Shown here piece by piece: positions 13,931 through 27,074 of a DNA stretch of 64,000 nt. Source of the DNA: Octopus sinensis (Eukaryota); contig NC_043000.1 in the NCBI RefSeq assembly GCF_006345805.1, forward strand, positions 63,860,001 to 63,924,000, read 5' to 3'. Each line of letters opens with the position of its first letter. Position 1 is the stretch's first letter. Position numbers and translations under genes: made by a program. The notes beneath the pieces were generated by a model. The model was not told where the DNA came from. It saw only the letters and a program-made list of their open reading frames with translations, and did not search any database.

Positions 13931-14697
13931 AAACCGGTTCTATTTTCCCCTTTCTATTTTATTTTATACATTTGATGTATAAAATAAAGCAATTTTTATT
14001 AACCCCTGTATTCTTATTTAGATCTTATTGTAAAGCCGAAACATTACAAATTAGTTTGTATGATGATTGTCTTAATGGGTGGGCACGGAAGGGCCATCAC
14101 TAACATAAGTGAAATGAAAATGAAGAGACCTTATTTTGGGGAAAACATCTACGTAGATTAAATGTTTCTAAATAACCTTAACTTCAGTTTTGGAAAAAAT
14201 TAGGTCAGCTTTCATAAAAATTTTAATTGGACTACACCATGGCACTTTGCTTTTCTTTTCATCAATATAAAAATAGAAGAAGATTAGGCTTTCAAAGAAA
14301 GTTTCCTCCTCGAAATTTTGATATATTCTGATCGCATAAGTTAATTTTTAATTTTTATTCTGTTTAGATTATTGCTGACACACAATTACTCGCATCGAAA
14401 TTGTACAGCTTTACACACACGCTTATTTATTAACTCTTTATTTAGTTGTTAAAGTAAAACTGTTTCTTCTCAGGGAATTTTTATAGTTTCTTCAATTGTC
14501 TCTGCTCTTTTGAACTTGATATTCGTTTACCACATCACTTAAACCTACTCAAACACTTTTCTTCCGGGGGGATTTCAAAAGCTGGTACGAAAAAAATAGT
14601 CATGCTCAATGGTTTCATTTTCAAACGTCCTTGACCTTCGGTACAAACGAAAGTAATGTAACATGAAACAAAATTCAACTGGGTGAAATTTACAAAA

Positions 14698-15100
14698 CTC
14701 TTTTACTTGTTTCAGTTATTTGACTGTGGCCATGCTGGAGCACCGCCTTTAGTCGAACAAATCGACCCCAGGACTTATTCTTTGTAAGCCTAGTACTTAT
14801 TCTATCGTTCTTTTTTGCCGAACCGCTATGTTACGGGGACGTAAACACACCAGCATCAACTGTCAAGCGATGTGGGGGAGGGGGGACAAACACAGACACA
14901 CAAACATATACACCCCACTCATATATATATATATATATATTACGACGGGCTTCTTTCACTTTCTGTCTACCAAATCCACTCACGAAGCTCTGGTCGGTCC
15001 GAGGCTATAGTAGAAGACACTTGCCCAAGGTGCCACGCAGTGGGACTGAACCCGGAACCATTTGGTTGGTAAGCAAGCTACTTACCACACACCACTCCTA
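14698..15100 (-). mobile_element. SINE family B, near full length, CpG-rich (young)
   Basis: tRNA-like head (reverse complement tggtaagtagcttgct...ggttcagtcccactgcgtggcac), central (TA)n and an aaacaagtaaaagag tail. Confidence 0.85.
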
Positions 15101-15182
15101 AGCATTTTTTTTTTAATTCTCCAATAACATCAGTTCTCCGTCCAAAGAGTTGGTGTTTATCTGTTTCACAAATAGTAGATTG

Positions 15183-16738
15183 TACTCTTTTACTTGTTTC
15201 AGTCATTTGACTGTGGCCATGGTGGAGCACTGCCTTTAGTCGAACAAATCGACCCCAGGACTTATTCTTTGTAAGCCTAGTACTTATCCTATCATTCTCT
15301 TTTGCCTAACCGCTAAGATATGGGGACGTAAACACACCAACATCTGTTGTCAAGCGATGATGGAGGACAAATACATACATACATATATACGACGGGCTTC
15401 TTTCAGTTTCCGTCTACCAAATCCACTCACAAGGTTTTGGTCGGCCTGAGGCTATAGCAGAAGACACTTGTCCAAGGTGCCACACCGTGGGACTGAACCT
15501 GGAAACATGTGCTTGGGAGGCAAGCTTCTTTATTTCTTTTAAATTGCCATAAAGGCATTACATAGACGGGGACACTACAACACATGTGGGGACATATAAC
15601 AAAATAAAAATATGATGCTATGAATGTCACATGAAAATGAACATGAAAAAACATTAAAATCATGGGTGGGTTTGGTGTCTATATGGGGAAGGTGAGTCTG
15701 AGTGGTCTTGGGTGGGATGGAGTTGGTCTGGGGTCTCACATCACACTGACTGTTCTTCCTCTTCATTCTCTTTTTCCTTTTATTCTCTGTCACTGTCCAT
15801 TCATCTTCCTTGTTCCTTCCATCTATCTGTACTTCTTCCTTTTTCTCCTCTGTCTCCACCACCGCTTTTCTGTCGTTTTCCTCTGCAGAGGGCAGTGTGC
15901 TCTAATGTGGCCCTTTTGGTCACACTTAAAACATTGTGGGATTCTGCCTTCCACCCACACTCTTAACACAATCTCTCCCAATGTCACTATCTCTACCAAA
16001 CTCTCCAATTGCCTCTCCATCCTCCATTTCCATGGCATGGTGGACAGCCACCTCCGCCTCATTTCCAATGAGGACAGCTGCCACAACCCAAGCCACTTCT
16101 ATATCAGGTGGAATTCTTTCTACCCTCACCTTAGAAATCTTTCTTCCAAGGTACATGGGTAGAAGTACCACTTCCTCCATTTTTGCTGTTGCACTTGCCA
16201 GCCTCTTTGCCTCCTCTGCTGTCCTAAACTGGTCAACCATCGTCCTATATCCATTTCCTTTCGCTATGTATGTCACTTCCTTCGAAAGCTCCCTCCAATG
16301 CTTTTTCTACTTTTTCCATCTCCATCCATTTCACCTTCCTACTCTCCACTGAGTACACCTTGTGGGTAATGGTCTTCTTTTCCATATTTTCCATGACCCT
16401 TTGCGGGGGTAATAACTTTACGTCACCATCCACCTTCTGTGTTATCTTACTCAGCTCCTTCAGTCTGGCCAGGTTCACCTCCCTTTTCTTCACCTCTGCA
16501 GCCTCAGCAAAACTCTTTACTCTTTCCAAATGCTCGTCCATTCTATTTACCACCTTAATGAGCTCCTCCTCTGCTGAGGACAGCTCATACTCACTAAGGT
16601 CTGAATACATTGTCTCGACCAGTATAACAACTGCTGCCAAGCAGTACAAAAGTTCTGTCCAACTTGTCGAAAATCAACACAGTGAATAGACTGATGCATG
16701 CACAGGAAGCAAGCTTCTTACCAAACAGCCACTCCTGA
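15183..16738 (-). mobile_element. SINE family B split by an ORF1-only retroelement (SINE parts 15183-15530 and 16705-16738)
   Basis: The SINE sequence stops at gcaagcttctt (15530) and resumes as gcaagcttcttaccaaacagccactcctg after the insert. Confidence 0.8.
15531..16704 (-). mobile_element. ORF1-only (gag-like, CCHC zinc knuckle) Tx1/L1-clade non-LTR element with frameshifts
   Basis: Frameshifted ORF from ATG 16610 (MYSDLSE...) through KVRVERIPPDI to CFKCDQKGHIRAHC (15892-15933) and a K/E-rich tail. No endonuclease or RT. A-rich 3' end and a 15-bp TSD GGA(G/A)GCAAGCTTCTT at 15516-15530 and 16705-16719. Confidence 0.8.
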
Positions 16739-18167
16739 GACAGTTATAGATTTCATAACGAGAAATCTATAACTGTCCCTTAGATATTACAGTATTTGTT
16801 GGTTGTAAATAAATCTGAAATATATTAATAACATGACTTAGATTTAAAAAGGAAACCAAAATAGTGACAACTAAAACTTATTTGAATATAGTGTCATATC
16901 ACTTTTGTCTGCTACTTTGGAAATTTTTTCTTTTTTTTTGCAGCTTGTGAGATGGCATACTGAAGTTAATCAAGATTTTTTTCAGTAACATGTAAATGTA
17001 TTTCTCTTAGTTAAGATTGGTTTAAGATGTTATACTGCTTTCAATTTGTACTGGAAATCATTTGGGAAACAAATGCATTAAGCAAGATTGCAATATAAGC
17101 TAAACTCTATTCTTTCACAAACAACATCCCAACTGAATATCTACATTGTATATGTTTTCATCCCTAGCACTTTCAAGAATTTGAAACATGACCAAACAAC
17201 TAAAGGTTTGAAATAAGTTGTTAATGAGTTTATAATTTTTAGGACTAATTTTTTTGTGATTGAAACACATCTACTTCAGAGTTGACAAAATAAGTACCAG
17301 TTGAATACTAGGGTAATCAATTTACTCCTCCCCGACATTACTGGCCTTGTACCAAAATTTGAAACCAATATTTACACTCTTGAAGGCAGCAAGCTTGCAG
17401 AATTGTTAGCACACCAGGCAAAATACTTAGTGGCATTCCATTCATCTTCATGTTCTAAGTACAAATTTCACGAAGGTCAACTTTGCTTTTCATCCTTTTG
17501 GGGTTGATGAAATATGTATCAGTTGAGCACCGGGATCAATGTAATTGGCTTACCTTCTCCCCTGTAATTCCTGGTCTTGTGCCAAAATATTAAACCAATA
17601 TTACATCTACTCTATATTTAATCAGTTTCATCATCAATCATTCTCAAGTTTTCTTTTCAAAGTTCAAGTTTAGAAGTTGAATAAATATAGTTAAAAAGTC
17701 TAAATGAATCCTTATAATTGTTGTATAACTCCAGTATTGATTTCTCCAAAGAGCAATGTTGGGAATAGTTGTATCCCTTAAGTTTTATTTCTTTTAAGCA
17801 GAATAACAATTTTTAAAAGATATCTATAAAACACTCTTCCACTCTCTGCACTAATATCTACATTCATCCCCAATCTCTTGAGCATTCCTCCACTCTCTAA
17901 TATCACTGTTATATCCTCATATACTAATATCACTCATATACAGTGGTCACTTCTCCCTCAGTTACGCTAGCATCTACATTAACCTCAAATCTCTAGGACA
18001 CTCTTTCCTCACTATATTAACATTTGCCATAACACCAATTTCTCTCTTGCCTATATTAATATCTATTCTATCTTCTATTCCCAAAGCTCATGCCCTTAAA
18101 ACAAACAGCTACAGAATATCTAAGCTAGGATTCAAAATGGAATCCACATTTTTCTACATTGTTGAAT

Positions 18168-18546
18168 AGGCATGGCTGCATGGTAAGAAGTTTGCTTCCT
18201 AACCACATGGTTCTGGGTTCAGTCCCACTACATGGCATCTTAGGCAAGTGTCTTCTACTATATAGCCTCAGGTCAACCAAAGTGAGTGGATTTGGTAGAT
18301 GGAAATGGAAGAAGCCTGTTGTATATGTGTGTATGTCTTTGTGTCTGTGTTTGTTCCCCATCACTGCTTGAAAATTGGTGCTGGTTTGTTTACATCCCTT
18401 TACTTAACAGTTTGGCAAAAGAGACTGATAGAATAAGCACCAGACTTCAAAAAAATAAAAAGCACTGGGGTCATTTCATTCAACTAAAAATCTTCAAGGC
18501 AGTGCCCCAGCATGGCTGCAGTCTAATGACTGAAACAAGTAAAAGA
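18168..18546 (+). mobile_element. SINE family B, CpG-decayed
   Basis: Head, core and tail blocks are shared with 14698-15100. Confidence 0.8.
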
Positions 18547-19754
18547 AATCATCAGCTTATTGTTTTGCTTTTCTGCATTAAGAGAATGAACTGACCTCTT
18601 AGAGCTTTTTCAAAGCATTCGCAGGTCAAAACTGATATAGTGAAGAATCCTATTGTTCTCAACTGATCTAATTAAACTGGCAAAATAATAAATACACAAG
18701 CAAACATCAGTCATTCTATTTTGGTAACTCAGTGCCTACCAATAAGCGTGACTATCTTCCTCACCTCAGATATGTCCTGTTGTGAGTATGAGAACACAAC
18801 TGTTATCTATTTATCTGCATACACAACTCAATGAAGTTGTATATTTCTTATATATTGTAACAACTAATATTATAATCAATCTAAATAAATGGCCATAATA
18901 ATTAATGTTCTTCATCATTTCTCTGATGCATCTTCTCATTAAATTTCATCATTACATCCTTATCCCATGTAAGATATATATCTTTCATTCTCTTTTCCCA
19001 ACCTGTGTAATATTTTTAAAACATACCCCCAATATTTTTTCACCACAGCTATCTATTCTTCCACCTTGGATTTCCATGATAAACAAAACTTTTGTTTCAC
19101 AAAAGTCTTCAAAATTATCTGCTACCTTCATTGCCCCAACAACTGACAGGATCACCAGTTGTTATTTGACCGAGTCTTATGCTACATTGATAGCATCCAC
19201 CATAACCCCCATTCTCTCTCTCTCTCTCTCTTAAATAATTTTTTTAATGATTTTAGTATTGACCATTCTTCCTGGATTTTTCACTTCTTTAAGAATTCTA
19301 TTTAAATATTGTTCCTAAAGAATCACCTCTATGTTAAAATATCTCACAAAGTATTTGCTAATTCTTCAAGTCTGTTAAATCTCCTATTGTAGTAAAAACT
19401 AGAAGTGGGTTCACTGAATAGGTAAATAATTGGGTTACATGCTCATAGATTATAAGTTCAAGTTTACCTAGACCACTTCTTTCTTCCTGAGCAGAATAGT
19501 ATATTCTACACTGCTTCAGTTTACCTGGCTATTGGAAATTAGTAGCAAATAATCTTGGAATATTATCTGCAATAAAGCAGCATACTATCTTCTTAATATT
19601 ATAAAAACTACACTATCAAGATAGCAGTTGATACAGAAACTCCACTAAGAGCAAAATACAATTTTCTATATGCAAGTTTTCTAAGCTTTCATCTTTCTCA
19701 AGTGAGTCAAACATTTTGACCCCTTGCCATAATCCTGCTACCAGCCAATATGTA

Positions 19755-19965
19755 TTGGTCTCAAATTTTGGCACAAGACCAGCAATTTTGGGGAAGTGAG
19801 TAAGTCAATTACATCAACCCCGGTGCTCAACTGGTACTCATTTCACCGACCCAGAAAGAATGAAAGATAAAGTCGGTCTCAGCAGAATTTGCAATCAGAA
19901 TATAAAGAGAGACAAAATGTTGCTAAGTATTTTACCCCGTGTGATTATGATTCTACCAGCAAAAC
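19755..19965 (-). mobile_element. SINE family A, decayed
   Basis: Conserved aactggtact...gaaagaatgaaag.taaagtcgg block. Confidence 0.65.
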
Positions 19966-22686
19966 ACCTTTTACCTGCCATTAGGTAATGAAAGCTCTTT
20001 TACTGAGATCATCTGCAACCAAAACTCCATTTGCTGCTTGTTGTAGTTTTCATGCTACTGTTCCTTGAACTTCATATCTTTTCTCCATTCTTCCCTTCAT
20101 CATAATCCAGTTGTTAAGTGGGATAAATTCCCAAAGACAAAGCAACACATCATCCAAAGTATCTCCTCATATCATCCCAAGAATAACTTTGGAAAGGTGT
20201 GCTTCTGAATTGGATGAATTCATTAAATTCTTCAATATCCCTTTCCTTTTAAATACTCCAAAGTTTGAAAATATACAACTGCAATACTTCATTTCTGAAG
20301 AAAGGTGAACACTCTGGCTCTGCCAACCATCAGCTTATCACTCTCACACCTAACATCTCTAACCTGGTGCAAACAAGTACAGATTAACAGTTTTGTTTCT
20401 TTTTTTAGTTCCATTCAAGTCTACAGTCCCACATTACCCATGGGATTTTTTTTTTTGTTCATGTAAAATTTGGGTAAAGAAAAGTTGTTTCCACTGAATC
20501 TATTTAGCTTCCTAAGAATTTGGCAGTAATCCCATAACGAGTACAAATCAAACAGTAAAGTTTCTGAGAAGTCAACTCAGTTCTAGAATGGTATTACAAA
20601 GATCAGTTACCTCTCTAATTTTTCATACATCAACCTATTTACACTCTACATCTAATTTTTACATTTTTCCCTACTTGCTTTACTCACCAGCATCACCCAC
20701 AAGCAACTGCAATATTTCATACTTGGCTTGCAAGTCCTCCAGGAAATGAGACTACAACAGATCTTATAATGAGGAATTGGAAGCACAATTACAATGGCTT
20801 CTCATGAATAATCAATATGACAAGTTGTCCCCACCAAAAATATTTCAGCCTAGAACAACTGATTATCTTTAAAAACTACTTTTATTTAAAATGTTGTACA
20901 TACATAAACATCATACAACCATTGACTCACCATTACTTTGGGTGTCCTTTTAGCTTCTCATATCAATATTACAAATAACTTCTTAACCCTTTGCACCCTT
21001 GGAAATCACTTGTTGTTTTCATTCCATTTCATCTTCCAGGCTACATACAAAACAGTTTATCTGGTCCTTCCTCACCAAGAATACATCTTTTTTCCCTTCC
21101 AATCATATATTACCAATTACTGCATGGTTTTAATACAACTTTTTATGAGAACTTAAAAAGATTGCAAATATTTCCACTTGCCCTCTCATTAACAAATACT
21201 AAGCAACCGATATTTTGTTTAGCCCCCAGGTCAGCCCTGTTAGAACTGACTCATGATAAAAAGTATTCCAATCTTCACAATCCACAATTCATTTGTAGAC
21301 AAAAGTGTGTAAGTTGAAGAAGACTTGACTGCTATTTCCAGCATGTTGAGTGACTACACAGGGACTCCTTTGCTGGCTTATTCATGGCATTGTTATTTTA
21401 TTTATATGTATTCAATCCAGTACCATTCATTTGACATTTTGCAGTCTGAATTCTAAAAAGACCTCATCCGTTTCTTCAAATAAAGTGCTTAAGCATAAAA
21501 GGCAGACACAAAAGCAAATTTGTTCAAACATAAAATGTAGAAATTTTATTAACTCCCCCAGGCCATTTCATGAATCTTACTAATCCAGCTGTAGCTATTT
21601 GTGCAGCTCATGTCATTCATAAGAAAACTAACAGACAAGTAACTGAACAATATCAGGAAAAGATGTTCTATACATCACCTACAATTAATGCATGATTGGA
21701 AACAAAATATTTAAGCCTTAACTGACTCAATTATTTAAACCTTGACTAGTTCCCAGTCTTTACCCAACGGTAATTTGGATATCTGTGTTTTTATGTGCTG
21801 ATCAAGTTACCTAATAAAATAAAGATAATCATACACTCAAATGTTTCTTTAAAAGACGGCTACAACTAAGGGAGAGCATTCATTATAAAAAGGACAATAC
21901 TATTTCAATGATTTTACTTTTAGAAAACAATCATTATCAATATACAATGTCTTTTAATATTATATAAGAATGGTTTGCACGTTGGGCCAAAATGCTTAGT
22001 GGCATTTCGCTTGTCTTTATGTCGACTTTGCCTTTCATCCTTTCAGGGTTGATAAAATAAGTGCCAGTTGAACACTGAGGTCGATGTAATCCCTACGAAC
22101 TAGCTGGCCTTGTGCTAAAATCTGAAACTAATATCCTGTGATAAGTATCTTTTATAGGGAATTATTGTATATATTTAATTTCTAGAATTCATAAGATTAG
22201 TAACGGCTTCAAGATTAAACTTTTGTGTCATATTTAAATTTCCACTTGGTAACAATCGGAGACCAAACAAATCAAAACATAATATAGAAAAAAGAAGTTT
22301 CTTCGAAGGTGAAGTTAATAATAGGAGAATTTTAATTATTACTGTATTAACAGTAACTCATCTCAAACATACGAAATATTGTTGAAGTATTATATTTGGT
22401 ATCAAGGGAAACAATTCTGTATTGACTATAATTAAATTTATGTAACTATGGAATTCCTGAATATATCCAAATCGCAATTATCGATAGGGATTTTAAATAA
22501 GAATTAATTCTTAGTGAAAAGTGGAAAGTTATAAATATGATGATAATGGATCAAAATACATAAACAGAAGATATCATTGTCGCAAATTTCATAAGAAAAG
22601 TGTTCATATCATGGATAAGTTCAACGAAAACGATCACGGAAATTTTTCTGAAAATTACAGCAAAAACAGGATATTATTACATTATT

Positions 22687-22771
22687 TACATTCGACGGAT
22701 ATTTGTCCTCATCTTGTTTATTGTTAACACAACGTTTCGGCTGATATACCCTCCAGCCTTCGTCGAATGTA
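22687..22771 (-). ncRNA. Disrupted Penelope-type hammerhead ribozyme remnant
   Basis: Reverse complement GACGA-A-GGCTG-gagggtatat-CAGCC-GAAACGTT. The 5' core is replaced by an 11-bp inverted repeat (tacattcgacg/cgtcgaatgta). Confidence 0.5.
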
Positions 22772-23169
22772 AATAATGTACAAAATTCCTCATCTCTTAA
22801 ATATAGAACTGTAGGATATTATTAGTTACAAAAGGCAGAGTATATTATTATTTAGGCATTCCTTATTATTATTATTATTGAGAGGTCGACTTTACCTTTC
22901 ATCCTTTCGAAGTCGATAAAATAAGCACCTGTTGAACACTGGGTTCAACGTAATAGACTAGCCCCCTCCTCCAGTTTTAGACCTTATGTCTATAGCAGAA
23001 AGGATTATAATTATTAATAGTACAATGAATGTGTATCAGTTATAGTAAATTAAAAATAAATAAAACAGATGTTCGGTTGATACCACAGTACATCCGTTTT
23101 ATTTATTTTTGAGTAATTGTTTAGGCTTCAACATCTTAAAAAAAATGCAAGAAAGACGGGTTCGAAAGC

Positions 23170-24130
23170 AGGATCGAAGATCGGAGCTCAGAGATACTCT
23201 CATCCAATGGTAGGGGGACAATGATGAAAGGGAGGAACTCTGTGAATAGATGCATGACAGTCTAATGATGTGAATACGAATGTACAGAGTTCACATTTAG
23301 AAACATTAACATCAAGACCAATGAGATCAAGTTCCTTTATCAATTTCATTGTAGCGAAGGCCCAACTGAGGATCCTGTTAATATGAATCACCAAGGTACC
23401 AGACGTTTAAATCCAAGTCTGAAACCAGACTAACAATACTACTGACGCCCAGTGCAAGCATTACAGAACTAAGTGGATCACTCTGTTGAACCTCCAATGC
23501 AGAAAGAATGCACTGGCTGCCAATGGAAAGGTGAGCGGGTTGCCGAGCAAAGTAGCACAGTTCTAATATTCTCTCATTTACTGAACTGAGAATGATATCG
23601 TCTCTGACTGAATTGGAGGTGTTTTGTTTGCTTGTTTGTTAATTCCCAAGAAATGAGCTCTGGAGTGATCACGAATGTCCTAGTGGCATGAAGGGCTGCT
23701 TTACACATTGTTTAGTACCATCCCAAGTTAAACGGATGCGAATTCCAAAGAGAGGTGGTAGTAGGAAACCGATGACAAGTACACATTTAACGTGAGATAT
23801 TACAAAGTACACTTAGCTGTTATGCGGGCAAAGGTTGTTATTATGTTTAAGGTTTAGCACCAAAGAATAAGGAGGCATAAAAAAAGGAGAATACTCTAAA
23901 AAGAAAATGTATTCACGAATTGCGTGAGACACTCCAAGATGGTGGAGATGAGGTCCATGCATTTTCGCGCCAGATATCGCAAGAAAGCATTTTTCCTGAT
24001 ATTAATAGGTTGTGACATTAACCTGGTGAGTAAAGACTGGTTTTAAGTAACCTGGTTGTTCGGGCCATTGTAAACAGTCATTCAGATGAACAAGTGGATG
24101 CTTCTTTCTCAGTCGATCGAGAGATTCTGT
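23170..24130 (-). pseudogene. CRE-clade (restriction-like-endonuclease group) non-LTR RT relic
   Basis: Degenerate motifs appear in order: LFFGA, CKAALHATRTF, ILSALEVQQSDPL, LNVWYLGD, IGLDVNVSKCEL. There are multiple stops and frameshifts. Confidence 0.7.
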
Positions 24131-25596
24131 TTAGACTGAACAAGAGTAGAGAAAGAGAAGGAAAAGGTGCACTGCTCCTTTGAATATACTTATTTTCTTG
24201 TAATTTTTAAATATGATATTAGTATGTGCGTGAGTGTGGAAATACAGACAATAGTTATATAGGTATGATAATACAGATCAAATTACATCAAAGTGACAAG
24301 GTTCAGATTGCGTGCATAGCCAATAATATCATATTTAAACCTTTCTGAGATCCTATTTGTAATAATAATTTACAGAGCCTTTACAAAGAAATCCAAGAAT
24401 AATGCATTTTACTATTATGCGGATTCCAATCAATTCAACGATTTCGAATCCGTATAAATGATAAATTTTCAATCAGTTTTGAACGCCGTATTGAAATTAT
24501 TAATAATATAAAAGAAAATAAACGGATAGAGATCGGTACACTTCCTGAAAATATTAAACATAATTACCTTTAAGGTATTTCATACCCAAATGACGACAGC
24601 TACTAATATAAACTTTATATTCAATATAGAGTTGTTCCCCTTGATAAAAAAAAGTTTTGGTATTTTTTTGTATGAGAAAAGAAGAGTGATTGAGGGTTCA
24701 CATAAACATTTAATTTTTTTCTGTAGAATAAGAAACGTTAATATCACATTTTATTGAAACAATTAAAAAATGAATGAAGGTGAGTCTTTCTATATTATCA
24801 TTCATTTGTACAGGTGCAAATATGACAATAGGGAGGGGGCACAATGAGGACTTTTTACTGCGTTTTTGACTTTGAGACAACATATTTTTTAACAAATGTT
24901 CACAACCCTGCAAAATCTACATCAGCTAAGCATATGACCTCCTTTAAATATATTAAAAACATCATAACATAAATTAAACATTATTTCAGAAAACTGCAAC
25001 CGTTCTCTTTGAGCATATAAAAGACAAATTTAGATAGGACAAAATGAGTAAGCCAAGATAAGGTAATTTTGCCTCCTCAGTTCTCCAGAATTACATTTGA
25101 AAACAGATTTATACACATCAATATCTGTCCTTAGACATCAGAAAAGCCAAAAATTGCTACAAAAATATAAATATCTAGGTCAAATGAAAGAGGATCATGA
25201 AAAAACAGCACTTGATATGAAATTAATGAAACTTGATTAAATCTAAAAACTCAGCATAACGTACTCTCTATGGCTTTTTCATGATCTCCTGGAGTGGCTC
25301 TCTTCCAGATATATTTATGCACCATGCAATGGAAGAGAACAAATTACTGAAACAAGTCATTTATTTTACCTCAATTTAGACATCATTATAAAGTACATAA
25401 ATTATTAATAAATATAAATATAAAATAAATAAAAATACACACACATTTAAATACTTATACATATATATATATAAATGCATACGTATATAAATATACATAA
25501 ATACTTAATATATACACATAAATGTACATACATATTTACATTTATAAGCATACACAATAATCAATTATTATTAATATTAGATGCATTCTATTATTC

Positions 25597-25980
25597 ACTA
25601 GCAGTATCGCCCGGTGTTGCTCAGGTTTGTAAGGGAAATAACTATAAAGCATTTTTAGAGAGTTATAGCCAAAAAATAGCAAAAAAATGGAAAAAAATGA
25701 TGGTAAATTTTTTTTTAGTTAAAAAAGGTGGAGTTGCGTCCCCTAGACAGTTTGCGGTTTGTGTTTCTAATTCTCGACCCCATGTCGAATTTATCGATTT
25801 TTTTCAGAACTGGGGGAACTTTTCAAAATTTTCGCTGCGTTAGTTTTGAATTATGACATTGGGCTATGTGTGTGTCAAGTTTCATCAGAATCGGTTGAAA
25901 GCCGTGGTCAGGGTGAGGGTACAAGCAAACAGACACACAGAAACACACACAGACAAACTGCCGTTTATATATAGAGAGAT
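25597..25980 (+). mobile_element. Non-autonomous Helentron/DINE-1-like element (HINE)
   Basis: Starts actagcagtatcgcccggtgttgc, contains aagtttcatcagaatcggttg and an acagacacacag microsatellite, and ends tttatatatagagagat. This architecture is recalled from DINE-1/HINE elements. Confidence 0.6.
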
Positions 25981-26469
25981 ATAAGATAAAATATAGAATA
26001 TAAACATAGATTTTTGAAAGTTATAAGAATAGTAATTTTGCAATCTATAAAATCAATATATCTTAAAGTTATTACAGTTATGTCAGAACGAAGCTGCATA
26101 CACATGAGGAACATATATATGCATATACACACATACACACACAAATATATATATATACATATATATTTTTCCATTCAAACATGCTTATATGTACATATGT
26201 ATTATATGTGTTTAGAATGTAGGATCAGTGTATTAGTTTGTGTCATTATAATTATAAATATAATTATAACAATAATATGCAGACTAATTTATATTTACAT
26301 ATAGAAACGTGGTATGCTTATTACTTTGTTATTTTTTTCATTTTGCAGTAGTTTAAATCTTGCGGGAAGTGAGGAGGGGTTATTTTTGTTCAGTTACTTA
26401 ATCTAATTGGTCATCAATTTTTTTGAATTCCTTTGTCTCAGTTATGGTTGGTTGATTGATAACCAATGA

Positions 26470-27011
26470 AATAAGAGGATTAATTGGACCATTCTTTTTT
26501 TATGCTACTGTGACATTTACTTGCTGCAATAGTCTGTCATGCCAAGCATTAGAGAAGACTTTGAAGACAAGGAGTTTTACTTTCAGCAAGATGGGGCACC
26601 CTCCACGCTACCATCGCGATGTTAGATACTTCCTTGATGAGATCTTGCCAAACAGGTGGATTGGACGAAGGGGTTTCATTGAATACCCTCCGCATTCACC
26701 AGACCTCACACCACTAGACATTTTTTAATGGGGATACCTAAAAGACAAAGTTTATGCTATGAAGCCTGCAACAGTCACTGATTTGAAAGCAGCCAGTAAA
26801 TGTGGATGCACACAAATACCAAACATTTCCATAGCTTCACATTGTCAGCAGTGCCTGGACCAGAACGGACGTCAGTTTGAAAACAGGCATTGAGAAAAGA
26901 ATAAAATAATGTCTGTAGATTCTATAAAATTTTGAAAATGAAATATATTTTAATAATCACATACTTTACAATTATTTAAAGCGCATATACATTTTTTGGG
27001 GACACCTTGTA
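26470..27011 (+). pseudogene. 3' fragment of an IS630-Tc1-mariner transposase (DD37D/maT-like) with right TIR
   Basis: LIGPFFF...FQQDG(APP)...NRWIGRRG..EYPPHSPDLTPLDIF/WGYLKDKVY; it ends gggacaccttg|TA. Confidence 0.75.
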
Positions 27012-27036
27012 TGTATATATATATATATATATATAT

Positions 27037-27074
<38 letters not shown>

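Noticed and set aside
20688-20751. 64-nt minus-strand segment with good splice sites (tgtag|...|GTGAGT) reading SHFLEDLQAKYEILQLLVGDA
   Set aside because: It has no partner exons, and overlapping frames resemble a decayed CR1/L2 HLEY-ASQVW motif, so it is more likely an old LINE relic.
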